Source of the DNA: an uncultured delta proteobacterium
Lineage (GTDB): Bacteria; Desulfobacterota; Zymogenia; Zymogenales; Zymogenaceae
NCBI GenBank assembly: GCA_963735595.1
Contig: CAVTLK010000001.1
Span: 800,001-864,000 of the forward strand
DNA length: 64,000 nt
Direction: 5' to 3'
Shown in pieces: positions 10,062 to 19,300 of this stretch. The notes beneath the pieces were generated by a model. That model ran no database searches and was not told where the DNA came from. It saw nothing but the letters and a program-made list of their open reading frames with translations. Each line of letters opens with the position of its first letter. The stretch's first letter is position 1. The position numbers were made by a program, and so were the translations under genes.

Positions 10062-10931
10062 ATGAAAACAATCAGCAAAAAACCATCGGGTAAATTCGTT
10101 CGGGCGGCTCTCACCCTGTGTTTGGGGGCCGTTCTGGCTGCGCTCTTTTTCATGTCCTTGCCGGACGCTGCGCGTGCCTCCGAAGAAGACGCCCTCGTCC
10201 TCCTCAACGAGGGGTCAGCCTTCGTCCAGCAGGGGAAATACGACGAGGCGATAGACGTGCTCACGCGGGCAATCAAGGCGGATTTCCCGCCCGAATATAA
10301 CGTGGAATCGAACTACGGCCTTATCTATACCAACCGGGGACTTGCCTATTTCCGAAAGGGGTTCATCAAGGAGGCGCTCGCCGACTACGACACGGCCGTA
10401 GCGCTTGACCCGAATAATCCCGATACGCTCAACAACCGGGGTGTGTTAAAGCAAAGCAAAGGCGATACCGGGGGGGCGCTGGCCGATTACGGCGCGGCAA
10501 TCGCCACCAATGCCCTGCTGGCCTCGGCCTATATCAATAGGGCATCCCTTCTCATCGAGATGAAACGCCCCTCCGAGGCCCTCAAGGATCTCAATAACTA
10601 CATCTTGCTGGTGGCCGACAACCCCGATGTCTATAACCTGCGGGGAAGAATCTACCTCGACCAGGGCAAGCGCGAGCTTGCCGCCGCGGATTTCAACCGG
10701 GCGTTGTTCCTGGCGCCCGGAAATCGGGACGCCTCCCTCAACCTCGGACGCCTCTTTATCGCCTCCCGGGAATACTCCCGCGCGGAGGAGACGATCTCTC
10801 GTGTCCTTGCCGTAAATCCCGATGACGCCGAGGCCTATCTCCTGAGGTCAAAGGCCCGCGACGGGCTCGGCAATACAGCGGGCGCACAGGCCGACAGGAC
10901 GAAGGCAAAGGAGATCAACCCTAATTTATAG
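10062..10931 (+). CDS. Exported tetratricopeptide-repeat protein
   Basis: Signal-peptide-like N-terminus followed by about 7 TPR units (YTNRGLAYF...ALADYDTAVALDP). Promoter TTGACT-N17-TAGAAT at 10024-10052. Confidence 0.85.
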   Translation: MKTISKKPSGKFVRAALTLCLGAVLAALFFMSLPDAARASEEDALVLLNEGSAFVQQGKYDEAIDVLTRAIKADFPPEYNVESNYGLIYTNRGLAYFRKGFIKEALADYDTAVALDPNNPDTLNNRGVLKQSKGDTGGALADYGAAIATNALLASAYINRASLLIEMKRPSEALKDLNNYILLVADNPDVYNLRGRIYLDQGKRELAAADFNRALFLAPGNRDASLNLGRLFIASREYSRAEETISRVLAVNPDDAEAYLLRSKARDGLGNTAGAQADRTKAKEINPNL

Positions 10932-11033
10932 CGTGCCGGCCCAATGAGGGCGGCCCGATAGATTCACGGAACTCGTGAACTCGTGATAGAGCGGTCATAT
11001 CACAGAGCGTAAAAACCAAATGAGGAGGTATAT

Positions 11034-11270
11034 ATGACGGCACAACAATCCGGAGGACAGTCTGGCGGCTCGTCTGGCGGCGGCTTTAAAGGATCGAGCG
11101 GCGGCAGCGGCGGCGGTGTCAGCCGGTTCTTCAACCGTCCGACGACCTCTACTGGCGGCGAAAAAAAGGGCGGCTGCTGCAGCAGCATTACGGGCATCAT
11201 CATCACGGTGATCATCGCGGGCATCATCGTCCTTTACTTCCTGTTCAGGGGCTGTACCAGCATGTTTTAG
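11034..11270 (+). CDS. Small Gly/Ser-rich single-pass membrane protein, function unknown
   Basis: GAGGAGG RBS, one hydrophobic helix flanked by Cys residues, and a terminator directly downstream. Confidence 0.65.
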   Translation: MTAQQSGGQSGGSSGGGFKGSSGGSGGGVSRFFNRPTTSTGGEKKGGCCSSITGIIITVIIAGIIVLYFLFRGCTSMF

Positions 11271-11302
11271 CCCGTCGCCCGCCCACCATGTTTTGTTACA
11301 AT

Positions 11303-11339
11303 AGAAAAGGGCTTACAGCGGATGTAAGTCCTTTTCTTT
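11303..11339 (+). terminator. Intrinsic terminator, probably bidirectional
   Basis: AGAAAAGGGCTTACA-GCGGA-TGTAAGTCCTTTTCT hairpin with a U-rich tail. Confidence 0.7.
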
Positions 11340-11479
11340 CCGGGCCCGTGCGGGCCCTGTCGGTAGTATATCCGCGCCGAAACGGCGCCCCGTTTCGCGG
11401 GATCGGCCGTCCCTCCGCATCCGTGGGGTGGGGCGATCTCAGTCGGTTAACGCCCATAATTCAATAACAGTGATACGCT

Positions 11480-12944
11480 ATGGTTAGTATCCCCCGGTGC
11501 ATGAGCACCCAGCATCCCGATAACGTCACGACCCCTTTCTTTGCAGAGAGCGCCGAGCTCGGGGGGAAGACGAGGTCCAGGAGGCCTATTACGCCTACTC
11601 GCACCTTATCTGCGATGAGCAGATGTGGGACTGCGAGGGAAAGGAGGTCGATAACTACGTCGTCAAGAAGCTCCTGACGAAGTATGACTCGTTCTTCAAG
11701 GAGCACCGGCTCGGCAAGGACCTCTTCCTGACGCTCAGGGTCCCCAACCCGACGGTCGAAAAGGCGGAAGCCAAGGTCCTCCTCGAAACGCTGGAGAGTA
11801 TACCCCGCTCGTATGACGCGGCCCATCTCTTCTACAATCAGGACATCGCCCCAATCTTCGAGGTTATCCTCCCGATGACGGCGTCCGCCCGGTCTATCGA
11901 TCGTATCCATCGCTACTACACCGAATTTATCATCAAGCGGCAGGACCTGCCATTTCGTGAGGGAGACATACGCATCAGGGACTGGATAGGGTCCTTCAAA
12001 CCCGAAGAGATAAACGTCATCCCGCTGTTCGAGGAGCGGGACAAGATGCTCGATCGCGCACCGCATGGTCAGGGAGTATCTCTCCGACAAGCCGGGCATT
12101 ACCGACCAGCGGGTCTTCCTTGCCCGGTCGGACCCGGCGATGAACTACGGGCTGGTGGCGGCGGTGCTCTTAAACAAGATCGCGCTGATGCGTCTCTCGG
12201 ACCTCTCCAAAGTTACCGGCGTGGCCCTCTACCCGATCATCGGCGTGGGGTCGGCGCCGTTTCGGGGAAACCTCGCCCCCCATACCGTGAAGCGGGTGAT
12301 CGAGGAATATCCGAGCGCCCATACCTTCACCATACAGTCGTCGTTCAAATACGACCATCCGCCCCAGGCCGTGGTCGAGGCGGTCAGGACGCTCAGGGAA
12401 AGAAAGACGGGAAGCCCCATGCCCGTGGACGATAGACGGTGCCTCTCGGTCATAGACCGGTACTCCGCCCGCTTCTACGAACAGATCTCTCGCCTTGCCC
12501 CGATCATCAACGAGGCGGCCGCCCATGTCCCCGAGCGCAGGAAGCGGAAAGCTCCACATAGGGCTCTTCGGCTACTCCCGGGAAACGGCGGGCATCAAGC
12601 TGCCCCGGGCGATCAGGTTCACCGCAGCCCTCTATTCGGTCGGCATCCCGCCGGAACTCCTGGCGCTGTCCGCCCTCACGAAGGAGGATATGGCGCTGCT
12701 CAGGGAGTTCTATATTCACCTGGACGACGACATATGGGACGCGCTCAGGTACTTCAACCCGGAGAGCCCCTTTGTGCCGGAGGGCGTCTCGGCGTTCCTG
12801 GGGCCGTACGCCGGCGACGTTTCTCCCAACCCGGAACACAAGGAGCTGACCGACCGCATCGCGGGTCACCTCAAGGCCGGCAAGACCGGCAACATCGCCG
12901 AGCACGTGCTGGCGGCGGCAAACGTGCGGGGGTTTTTGGGGTAG
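11480..12944 (+). CDS. ppcA: Archaeal-type phosphoenolpyruvate carboxylase; frameshifts at ~11565, ~12057 and ~12548
   Basis: IPRCMSTQHPDN, EQMWDCEGK, IFEVILPMT, VIPLFE, RVFLARSDPAMNYG, IIGVGSAPFRG, RKLHIGLFGYSR and LPRAIRFTAALYSVGIPPE, across four segments. Confidence 0.92.
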
Positions 12945-13036
12945 TTTCTTATTAACGGGAATCCCGTAGTCTTCTTTGTGCCTTAGTGTCTTTGTGGTTT
13001 TCTCTTCCCCTGGTTCTTGAATCGATAGGAGTCTTT

Positions 13037-13723
13037 ATGTCCAAGACTATCGGAATGATCGGCGGGCTTTCGCCGGAATCGACCGTCACCTATTATGAGC
13101 ATATAACCCGCGGCTGTTACCGGCGGACGGGCGACTACCCCAACATCGTCATCCGGTCGGTCGACCTGACCGCCTATACCGCATGGTTTTCCGCCGGTCA
13201 GTGGGACCGGGCCGGCAACGACATGGCGGCGATCTTCGAACAGATGCGGACTATCGGCGTCGACTTCGGCCTGATCTGCGCCAATACGCCCCACCGGGCG
13301 CTCCCGTTCGTCGACGCGGGAACGAGGCTCCCGATCCTCTCGATCATCGAGGCAACGGCGGACGCGATTACAATGGTCGGGATGAAGACGGTCGCGCTCC
13401 TGGGGACGAAATTCACCATGAAGGAGGATTTCTACAAGGAGGGCCTCTCGGAACGGGGGATTACCGCCGCCGTGCCGAACGCCAATGAGATGGAAGCCGT
13501 AAACCGGGTCATCTACGAAGAGCTGGTAAAGGGGATTATAAAAGACGAGAGCCGCAGGTTGGTAAAGGCGGTCATAGAGCGGCTCGTCGACGAGGGCGCG
13601 CAGGGCGTTATCCTCGGCTGCACGGAGCTGCCACTGTTGATCGGGCAAAAGGACCTGACCGTCCCGGTGTTCGACACGACGCGGATTCACGCGGAGGCGG
13701 CGCTGAACAAAGCGCTGGAATAG
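13037..13723 (+). CDS. Aspartate/glutamate racemase family protein
   Basis: IGMIGGLSPEST, two catalytic Cys motifs (CANTPH and LGCTELP), and LLGTKFTM. AGGAG RBS. Confidence 0.9.
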   Translation: MSKTIGMIGGLSPESTVTYYEHITRGCYRRTGDYPNIVIRSVDLTAYTAWFSAGQWDRAGNDMAAIFEQMRTIGVDFGLICANTPHRALPFVDAGTRLPILSIIEATADAITMVGMKTVALLGTKFTMKEDFYKEGLSERGITAAVPNANEMEAVNRVIYEELVKGIIKDESRRLVKAVIERLVDEGAQGVILGCTELPLLIGQKDLTVPVFDTTRIHAEAALNKALE

Positions 13724-13728
13724 CGGAT

Positions 13729-13814
13729 ACGAATTAAGGGGACACCATACGTAATTAATGGAATGTCGGTTTTAACGTGAATCGTTAATTACGTATGGTG
13801 TTCCCTTAATTCGT
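13729..13814. repeat. AT-rich palindromic element (MITE/REP-like), copy 1
   Basis: Arm ACGAATTAAGGGGACACCATACGTAATTAA (13729-13758) is complementary to 13785-13814 at 29 of 30 positions. Confidence 0.85.
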
Positions 13815-13834
13815 CCCATAATTCGTAACAAGAC

Positions 13835-14998
13835 CTACTTTTTGATCGGGTACCCCCCCTCTTCCCACACCGTCTCCAACATAACCTTTATCTTCGATAC
13901 GTCCATATCCGGGTGGTCGTGGACGGGGCCGATGATGAACCGCCCGCCCGGCCCGCAGAGCTTGATGAGCCGTCGCGTCTCGGCCCGGACCTCGTCCGGC
14001 GTGGAGCGTGTCGTCAGGATATAGTCGATACCCACGCCGCCCACGATGGTGAACCGGTCGCCGTGGACCCGCTTTTCGTGGGCGATATCCACCGTGCTCG
14101 TGTTCTCGTAGGCGTGGCCGCCGTCAAACCCCCACTTGATGAAGAGGTCAAAGATCTTCGTGTTGTCCCCGCAGGAGTGGATCAGGATTTTGCCTCCCCG
14201 GTCGTGCACCGCCTTGCACAGCCGGGTATAAATCGGGCCGAAAAGCTCGTCAATGGCCTCGGGGCTGATCATGGGGCCGGTCTTGTAGGAAAAATCGTCC
14301 CCCTTCAGGATCACCTTGATGCCCGCGTCCATGGCTGCCATCTGCGTCTTCATGACGTATTCGTCGTTATAGGCGATGAGCTTCTTGAGGTAGTCCGACC
14401 TCCGTTTCAGGTTCACCGAAAAGGCGGGAAACCCCATCATCTGGATGAGGATCTCGAAGGCCCCGCTTGCCACGTCGCCCATGAGGCATATCTTGTCGCC
14501 GTACCGCTTCTGCGCGTCCTTGTAGAAAGTGTAGGCCATGTGGGCAAGCTCGTCGATGTCCTGGTGGTAGGGCCAGGCGTCGTAGGCCTCCGGGGTGGGG
14601 ATCGCCGGCCCCCGAAACATGAAGTACATATTCCCGTAGCCGTCGTCTATCCAGTCCATGTAGCAGCCGAGGGTCTTGGCCAGGGTCTTGCTGTCCCAGA
14701 CCATGATCGTGGCCTCGTAGCTGACCCAGTCGGCGTCAAAGCCGAGCGCGACGGCCGCCTCGATCCGCTTCTTCAGGCCCCCGGCGATGAAGGGGTCGGC
14801 CAGGATCTTTTTCAACTTTTTGCCCCACCGGTCGGTGATGAAACGGGAGACGGGGTTCATGAAGATCGTTTTTGCCGGGATGAGCGGTTTCCCAAGCACC
14901 TGCTGGACGGGCCAGTCGTCGAGGCTCGCGCTAAAGGTCGGGATCCGGTCGACCGGTTTTCCTTCGATCTGTCTGAAGACGCGTTCGGTAGGGTCCAT
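13835..14998 (-). CDS. URO-D/MtaA-CmuA superfamily protein, paralog 1
   Basis: MDPTERV...DRIP N-terminus, GDDFSYKTGPMISP, IHSCGD, IVGGVG and GGRFIIGP. Confidence 0.85.
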   Translation of the reverse strand: MDPTERVFRQIEGKPVDRIPTFSASLDDWPVQQVLGKPLIPAKTIFMNPVSRFITDRWGKKLKKILADPFIAGGLKKRIEAAVALGFDADWVSYEATIMVWDSKTLAKTLGCYMDWIDDGYGNMYFMFRGPAIPTPEAYDAWPYHQDIDELAHMAYTFYKDAQKRYGDKICLMGDVASGAFEILIQMMGFPAFSVNLKRRSDYLKKLIAYNDEYVMKTQMAAMDAGIKVILKGDDFSYKTGPMISPEAIDELFGPIYTRLCKAVHDRGGKILIHSCGDNTKIFDLFIKWGFDGGHAYENTSTVDIAHEKRVHGDRFTIVGGVGIDYILTTRSTPDEVRAETRRLIKLCGPGGRFIIGPVHDHPDMDVSKIKVMLETVWEEGGYPIKK

Positions 14999-15083
14999 GG
15001 GTAATCCTTTAGTGTTGGAAGAGTTAGGAAATTAAGGGGATTGCTTCGCGGCTCCCCACAATGACGTACGTGAGGGCGTATCC

Positions 15084-16247
15084 TTACCCCCGGATCGGAT
15101 ACTTACCGTGCTCCCACACCGTCTCTAACATGACCTTCACCTTTTCCATGTCCATATCCGGGTGGTCGTGGACGGGGCCGATCAAAAACCGCCCGCCCGG
15201 CCCGCAGGCCTTGATCAGCTTCTTTGTCTCGTCGGCCACTTCCTCGGGCGTGGAACGCCTAGTGAGGAGGTAGTCCACCCCCACCCCGCCGACGATGGTG
15301 AAGCGGTCGCCGTGGACCTTCTTTCTCGTGGTAGATGTCCACGTTGGAAGTATTCTCGTAGGCGTGCCCGCCGTCAAAGCCCCACTCGATGAAACTATCG
15401 AACATCTTCGTGTTATCGCCGCAGGAGTGAAGCAGTATCCGCCCCCCCGGTCGTGCACGGCCTTCGTGATGCGCCGGTACGACGGCCCGAAGAGCTCGTC
15501 GGCAACCTTCGGGTTCATCATCGGCCCGGTCTTGAAGGCCATGTCGTCGCCGTCAAATATCACCCGCACCCCCGCGTCCATCATGGCCATGTTGGTCTTC
15601 ATGACGAGGGCTTCGAGGTAGGCGGTGAACCGCCTGATCATCTCGGGCTCCCGCCTGATGAAGACCGGCATCCGCTCGAACCCGAACGACCAGAGCATTG
15701 TCTCGTGGATGCCGAAGGCCGCCTGCCCCAGGATGCAGATTTTATCTCCGTATTTCCTGACGATCTTCGTGAAGAACTTGTAGGTAGCTTGCGCCAGGTC
15801 GTCAAGATCGGGGAAATGGGGCCATGCCTCGTAATCCGCTTTTGTCTTGAATGCCGGCCCCCGGTACATGTACCAGGAGTTGCCGTGGCCGTCGTCTACG
15901 ATGTCGTAGAACGACCCGGTCACCCGCGCCATCGTTTTGCCGTCCCAGAGCATGAGCATCCGCTCGAAAAGCCCCACCACCGAATCGAACTTGAGCGAAA
16001 CCGCCGCCTCGACGTTCTGGCCCATCATAACGTCGAGCAGGGGATAAAGCATCATCCCGGAAAGCCGCTTCCCCCACCGGTCGAGGATAAAACCGGTGAC
16101 CGGGTTCATCATGAAAATGGATTTCCCGATCATCGATTTGCCGATGACCTGCTGCACCGGGCCGTAATCGAGGTAGTACGAAAAGGTCGCGACCCGGTCG
16201 GTCTCTTTGCCGTCAATGGCGGCGATCACGCGCTCGGTAGGGTCCAT
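15084..16247 (-). CDS. URO-D/MtaA-CmuA superfamily protein, paralog 2; compensating indels at ~15445 and ~15322
   Basis: Colinear with paralog 1. The segment ILLHSCGDN...WGFDGGHAYENTSNVDIYHE lies in a shifted frame between a G-run and an A-run. Confidence 0.85.
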   Translation of the reverse strand: MDPTERVIAAIDGKETDRVATFSYYLDYGPVQQVIGKSMIGKSIFMMNPVTGFILDRWGKRLSGMMLYPLLDVMMGQNVEAAVSLKFDSVVGLFERMLMLWDGKTMARVTGSFYDIVDDGHGNSWYMYRGPAFKTKADYEAWPHFPDLDDLAQATYKFFTKIVRKYGDKICILGQAAFGIHETMLWSFGFERMPVFIRREPEMIRRFTAYLEALVMKTNMAMMDAGVRVIFDGDDMAFKTGPMMNPKVADELFGPSYRRITKAVHDRGGGYCFTPAAITRRCSIVSSSGALTAGTPTRILPTWTSTTRKKVHGDRFTIVGGVGVDYLLTRRSTPEEVADETKKLIKACGPGGRFLIGPVHDHPDMDMEKVKVMLETVWEHGKYPIRG

Positions 16248-16286
16248 CGTGCTGCTCCTTGAATGAGAGTAATCGATAATACGGCA

Positions 16287-16370
16287 GAATTAAGGTGACA
16301 CCATGCTTAATTAGTAATTCGTTAATTCAAAAATCGAAGGCAATAATTAAGTATGGTGTTACCGTAATCC
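16287..16370. repeat. AT-rich palindromic element, copy 2 (same family as 13729-13814)
   Basis: GAATTAAGGTGACACCATGCTTAATTA (16287-16313) is complementary to 16344-16370 at 23 of 27 positions. Confidence 0.8.
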
Positions 16371-16384
16371 CCGGCGGGACGACC

Positions 16385-19300
16385 TCACGTCCCCAGCAGC
16401 CCCTCCCGCACGTCTTCTACGCTCCGGGATGCCTCGTACCACTTCTCAAAGTGCCGGTCCATGATAAAGAGGTAGAAAAGCGAATCGGGGCGGATGATCT
16501 CGTAGACCTCCGTAACCTCGCGCTTCTGGGTACCGGCATAGTCGATAATACCGGCATACCGGAACATCTCAACGTGCCTGGCCTCCCCGTGCTGCTCCAC
16601 CCCGAATATCAGATAGATCTCCGTTCCGTCGTAAGCGAAGATTTTATCGAAGTCCGCCTTGAGTTCCCCGCGCTGAACGCGCCTGTCGAAGAAGTAGAAC
16701 CGATCCCGGCAGCCCCTGATATACTCCCGGAGCGCTTCTTCGGACAGGGCCTCACCGAGGTTGTAGATATCCGTGTTCTCGGAGATAAAGCCCTCTTCCA
16801 GGAGGTTTTCATCTACGCCGAAGATACCGTCAAAGGGCTCCGGACCCGACCCGTTGCCGCCGCTCTCCCGGAGATCCGCCCCTTCGGACGGGACGGCCCC
16901 GACCGCAGGCCTCACAAAGCGGTCGGCTTCTTCATCCAGCGGCTTAATTATGGACAGCGTATTGCCGATGATCACGTCAAACGGGTAGATCAGATTCGGG
17001 TTGTGCGCCTCCATCCGTTTCTTTTCAAGGAAGCGCTCGATCCGTTTCTTCACGCTCCTGTTTCGCTGCGCACCCCGGGAGGCTTCGTTGATCTTATCGG
17101 CGATGCTCACCTTGATATCACCCCAGAGGTCGTCGTAGAGCGTGATGATCTCCGATACTCCGCCGAACGAGATGTAGAGGCCCGTATTCACGCCGAGATC
17201 GGATATCTCCCCGATCCGCTCGTAATAGGTCTGGTTTATCTCACGCTCCTTTGCCCGTACATCGGCAAGCATCCCTTTCAGACGGTCGATCTGATTGAGC
17301 TCGTCCTGGCAGACCTCCGTGTAAAACTCCTTCGAGCGCTTAACGAGGTCCTGCTTTTCTACCTCATTTACCAGCTCGTCCCGGGAGGCCTTGATCAGTG
17401 CGAGCTGTTCCCTGAGCTCAGTTTCATGGGCGAGGCGGTTGTCCCGTTCGGGAGTATTCGCCGCGTCCCTGATCTGCTGGGACACGAGGCCGATCGCATC
17501 AATGTGGTCCTGGATCGTCTCATCAAAGAGCTTCATCTGCGCTTCCAGCATCGCCTGGGGAGACATCGAGCGCTTGGATTCGACAATACGGTCCAGCGCC
17601 TTGATCGTTCCGACGAGCTGCTTTTTCTGCTTGGTGATAGTTACCAGGTCGCTCTTATATTCATCCAACTGGCGCTGGCGCATGAGCTTTTCGTCGAAAT
17701 CGGGATTGTTTCTCAACAGCTCCCGCTTGTATTCGGCGGTGATAATCTGGATCTCTTTTGCCAGTTCCACGAGGGCAACGACGTTCCCCGAGAATGTAAT
17801 CGCGTCCCCCAGAAGGTTATTGAGTTCAATGCCGAGGGAGCGCTCCCTGCCGATCTTGAGGTGGTATCGTTTGGCGGCGGCCAGGATAGGCACGTAAAAC
17901 TCGTTCTTGAGAAAGTCGGCCATAACGTGGCTTCCCGACCGTTTTGTGCGTTTGGTAAATCCCTTCAAATCGACGAAGAGGTGCCCCTCCTTCATCTCCT
18001 CGGTCTTAATCAGGAACACCTTGTGATCGCCGCCAAAACGATAGAGCCTGCCCGCATCATATTCCCGGATCAGCTCTTTCAGGGGAATCTGCCGCTTCCG
18101 GTTCTCCAGGAGCCGTTTAGACGCGGCGAAATAGGAATCGTAGCCGAACTCCATGCGATAGACAATGTAGCGCTTGACGATCTCGGAGATCTGGAAGGTG
18201 AGCGTCTCTTTGCCGACGGAAAAGATCCGTATGAGCCCCCACCGGCGGTGGGTCTTGAAATTGGTCGTGATCTTCTTGATCTTATTAACCCGCCCCTCGT
18301 CCCGCCGATACCGGTCGACCTGTTCCGCAAGGCCCGTTTCGACTCGCGAGGCGAGTTTCGAATCCTCCCAGAGCGCCCTCAGGAGCTTATCGTCCTGGGC
18401 GATCTCCGAAAAGAGGATATGGATGCCTTCCTTCTGGTTGTCAAAGCTGATGAGGTAGTCAAGGATATCGTCCCGAAACGACCCGATGCTATGGAACTCG
18501 ATGATCTGTTCGGTCAGCGTCTTATCCCGCATAATCTGGTCGACCATGCCCTTGGTTACGTCGACGATGCTGTGGGCCTTGCGGGCGGCCTGGTTATACA
18601 CGTCTTCGAGGCTCGAGGCTATCTTCGGCGTGAGGTTATAGGGGTTGAGGTCATTGCCGAGGATGGCGCTCTTGATGTTGAGGACGAAAAAGGGGGTTGC
18701 CGTTGAAAGGAGGAGATATTCCATCTCCTTGAAATCATGGGAAAGCCGTTTGCCCTTGAAGGACGAAAACACCTCCGTGACGACCGCGCGTATGACGTTG
18801 GAATAAAGGATACTGATGGATCTGTCCAGTTTCTCGTACGATAGTCCCCGGATCTTGACCCCCTTGATGATTTCCTTCTTATCGTTGAGGATGGAAGCAA
18901 CGGCCAGGTGGACCAACAGCGAAGTACGTTCCGACGCACCGAGGCGCATTTCTTCCTCGATGGCCTTTTTGTAGATACGTAAGAGCTCCGATATGAATTG
19001 GCGGCCGTGGAGCGAGGGGGAAAACCAACTGGCGATGAGCCCCGCGTCGATCAGGGGATCGGAATAGACCGTGGAGACGGCAATCTCGGTTTCAAGGCGG
19101 TTCTTAAACACGCCGGCGACCCGGTACCCCTTTTGCAGAAGCTTGACCCGCTCATCCGACACCGAGACGACAATCGATCCGCGTTCGTCGTAGACCATTG
19201 ACGGCTCGAAGCGGCCCTTCATGAGCGAGGCCAGCTCCCGGGTTGCCTCCTCGAAGATCTCTTCGGCTCCACCGCCGAAGATAAAGGGAATTCGTATGTC

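Noticed and set aside
8265..13089. Diversity-generating retroelement template/variable repeat pair
   Set aside because: The mismatches are not adenine-specific, and there is no reverse transcriptase in the window.
13729..16370. CRISPR array
   Set aside because: These are inverted arms in two isolated elements 2.5 kb apart, not direct repeats with regular spacers. No cas genes are present.
16295..18706. 803-aa plus-strand ORF, and similar long ORFs such as 24784-26391, 1488-2741, 62296-63504 and 13913-15004
   Set aside because: They lie antisense to well-supported genes and show no motifs. Long shadow ORFs are expected in GC-rich DNA.
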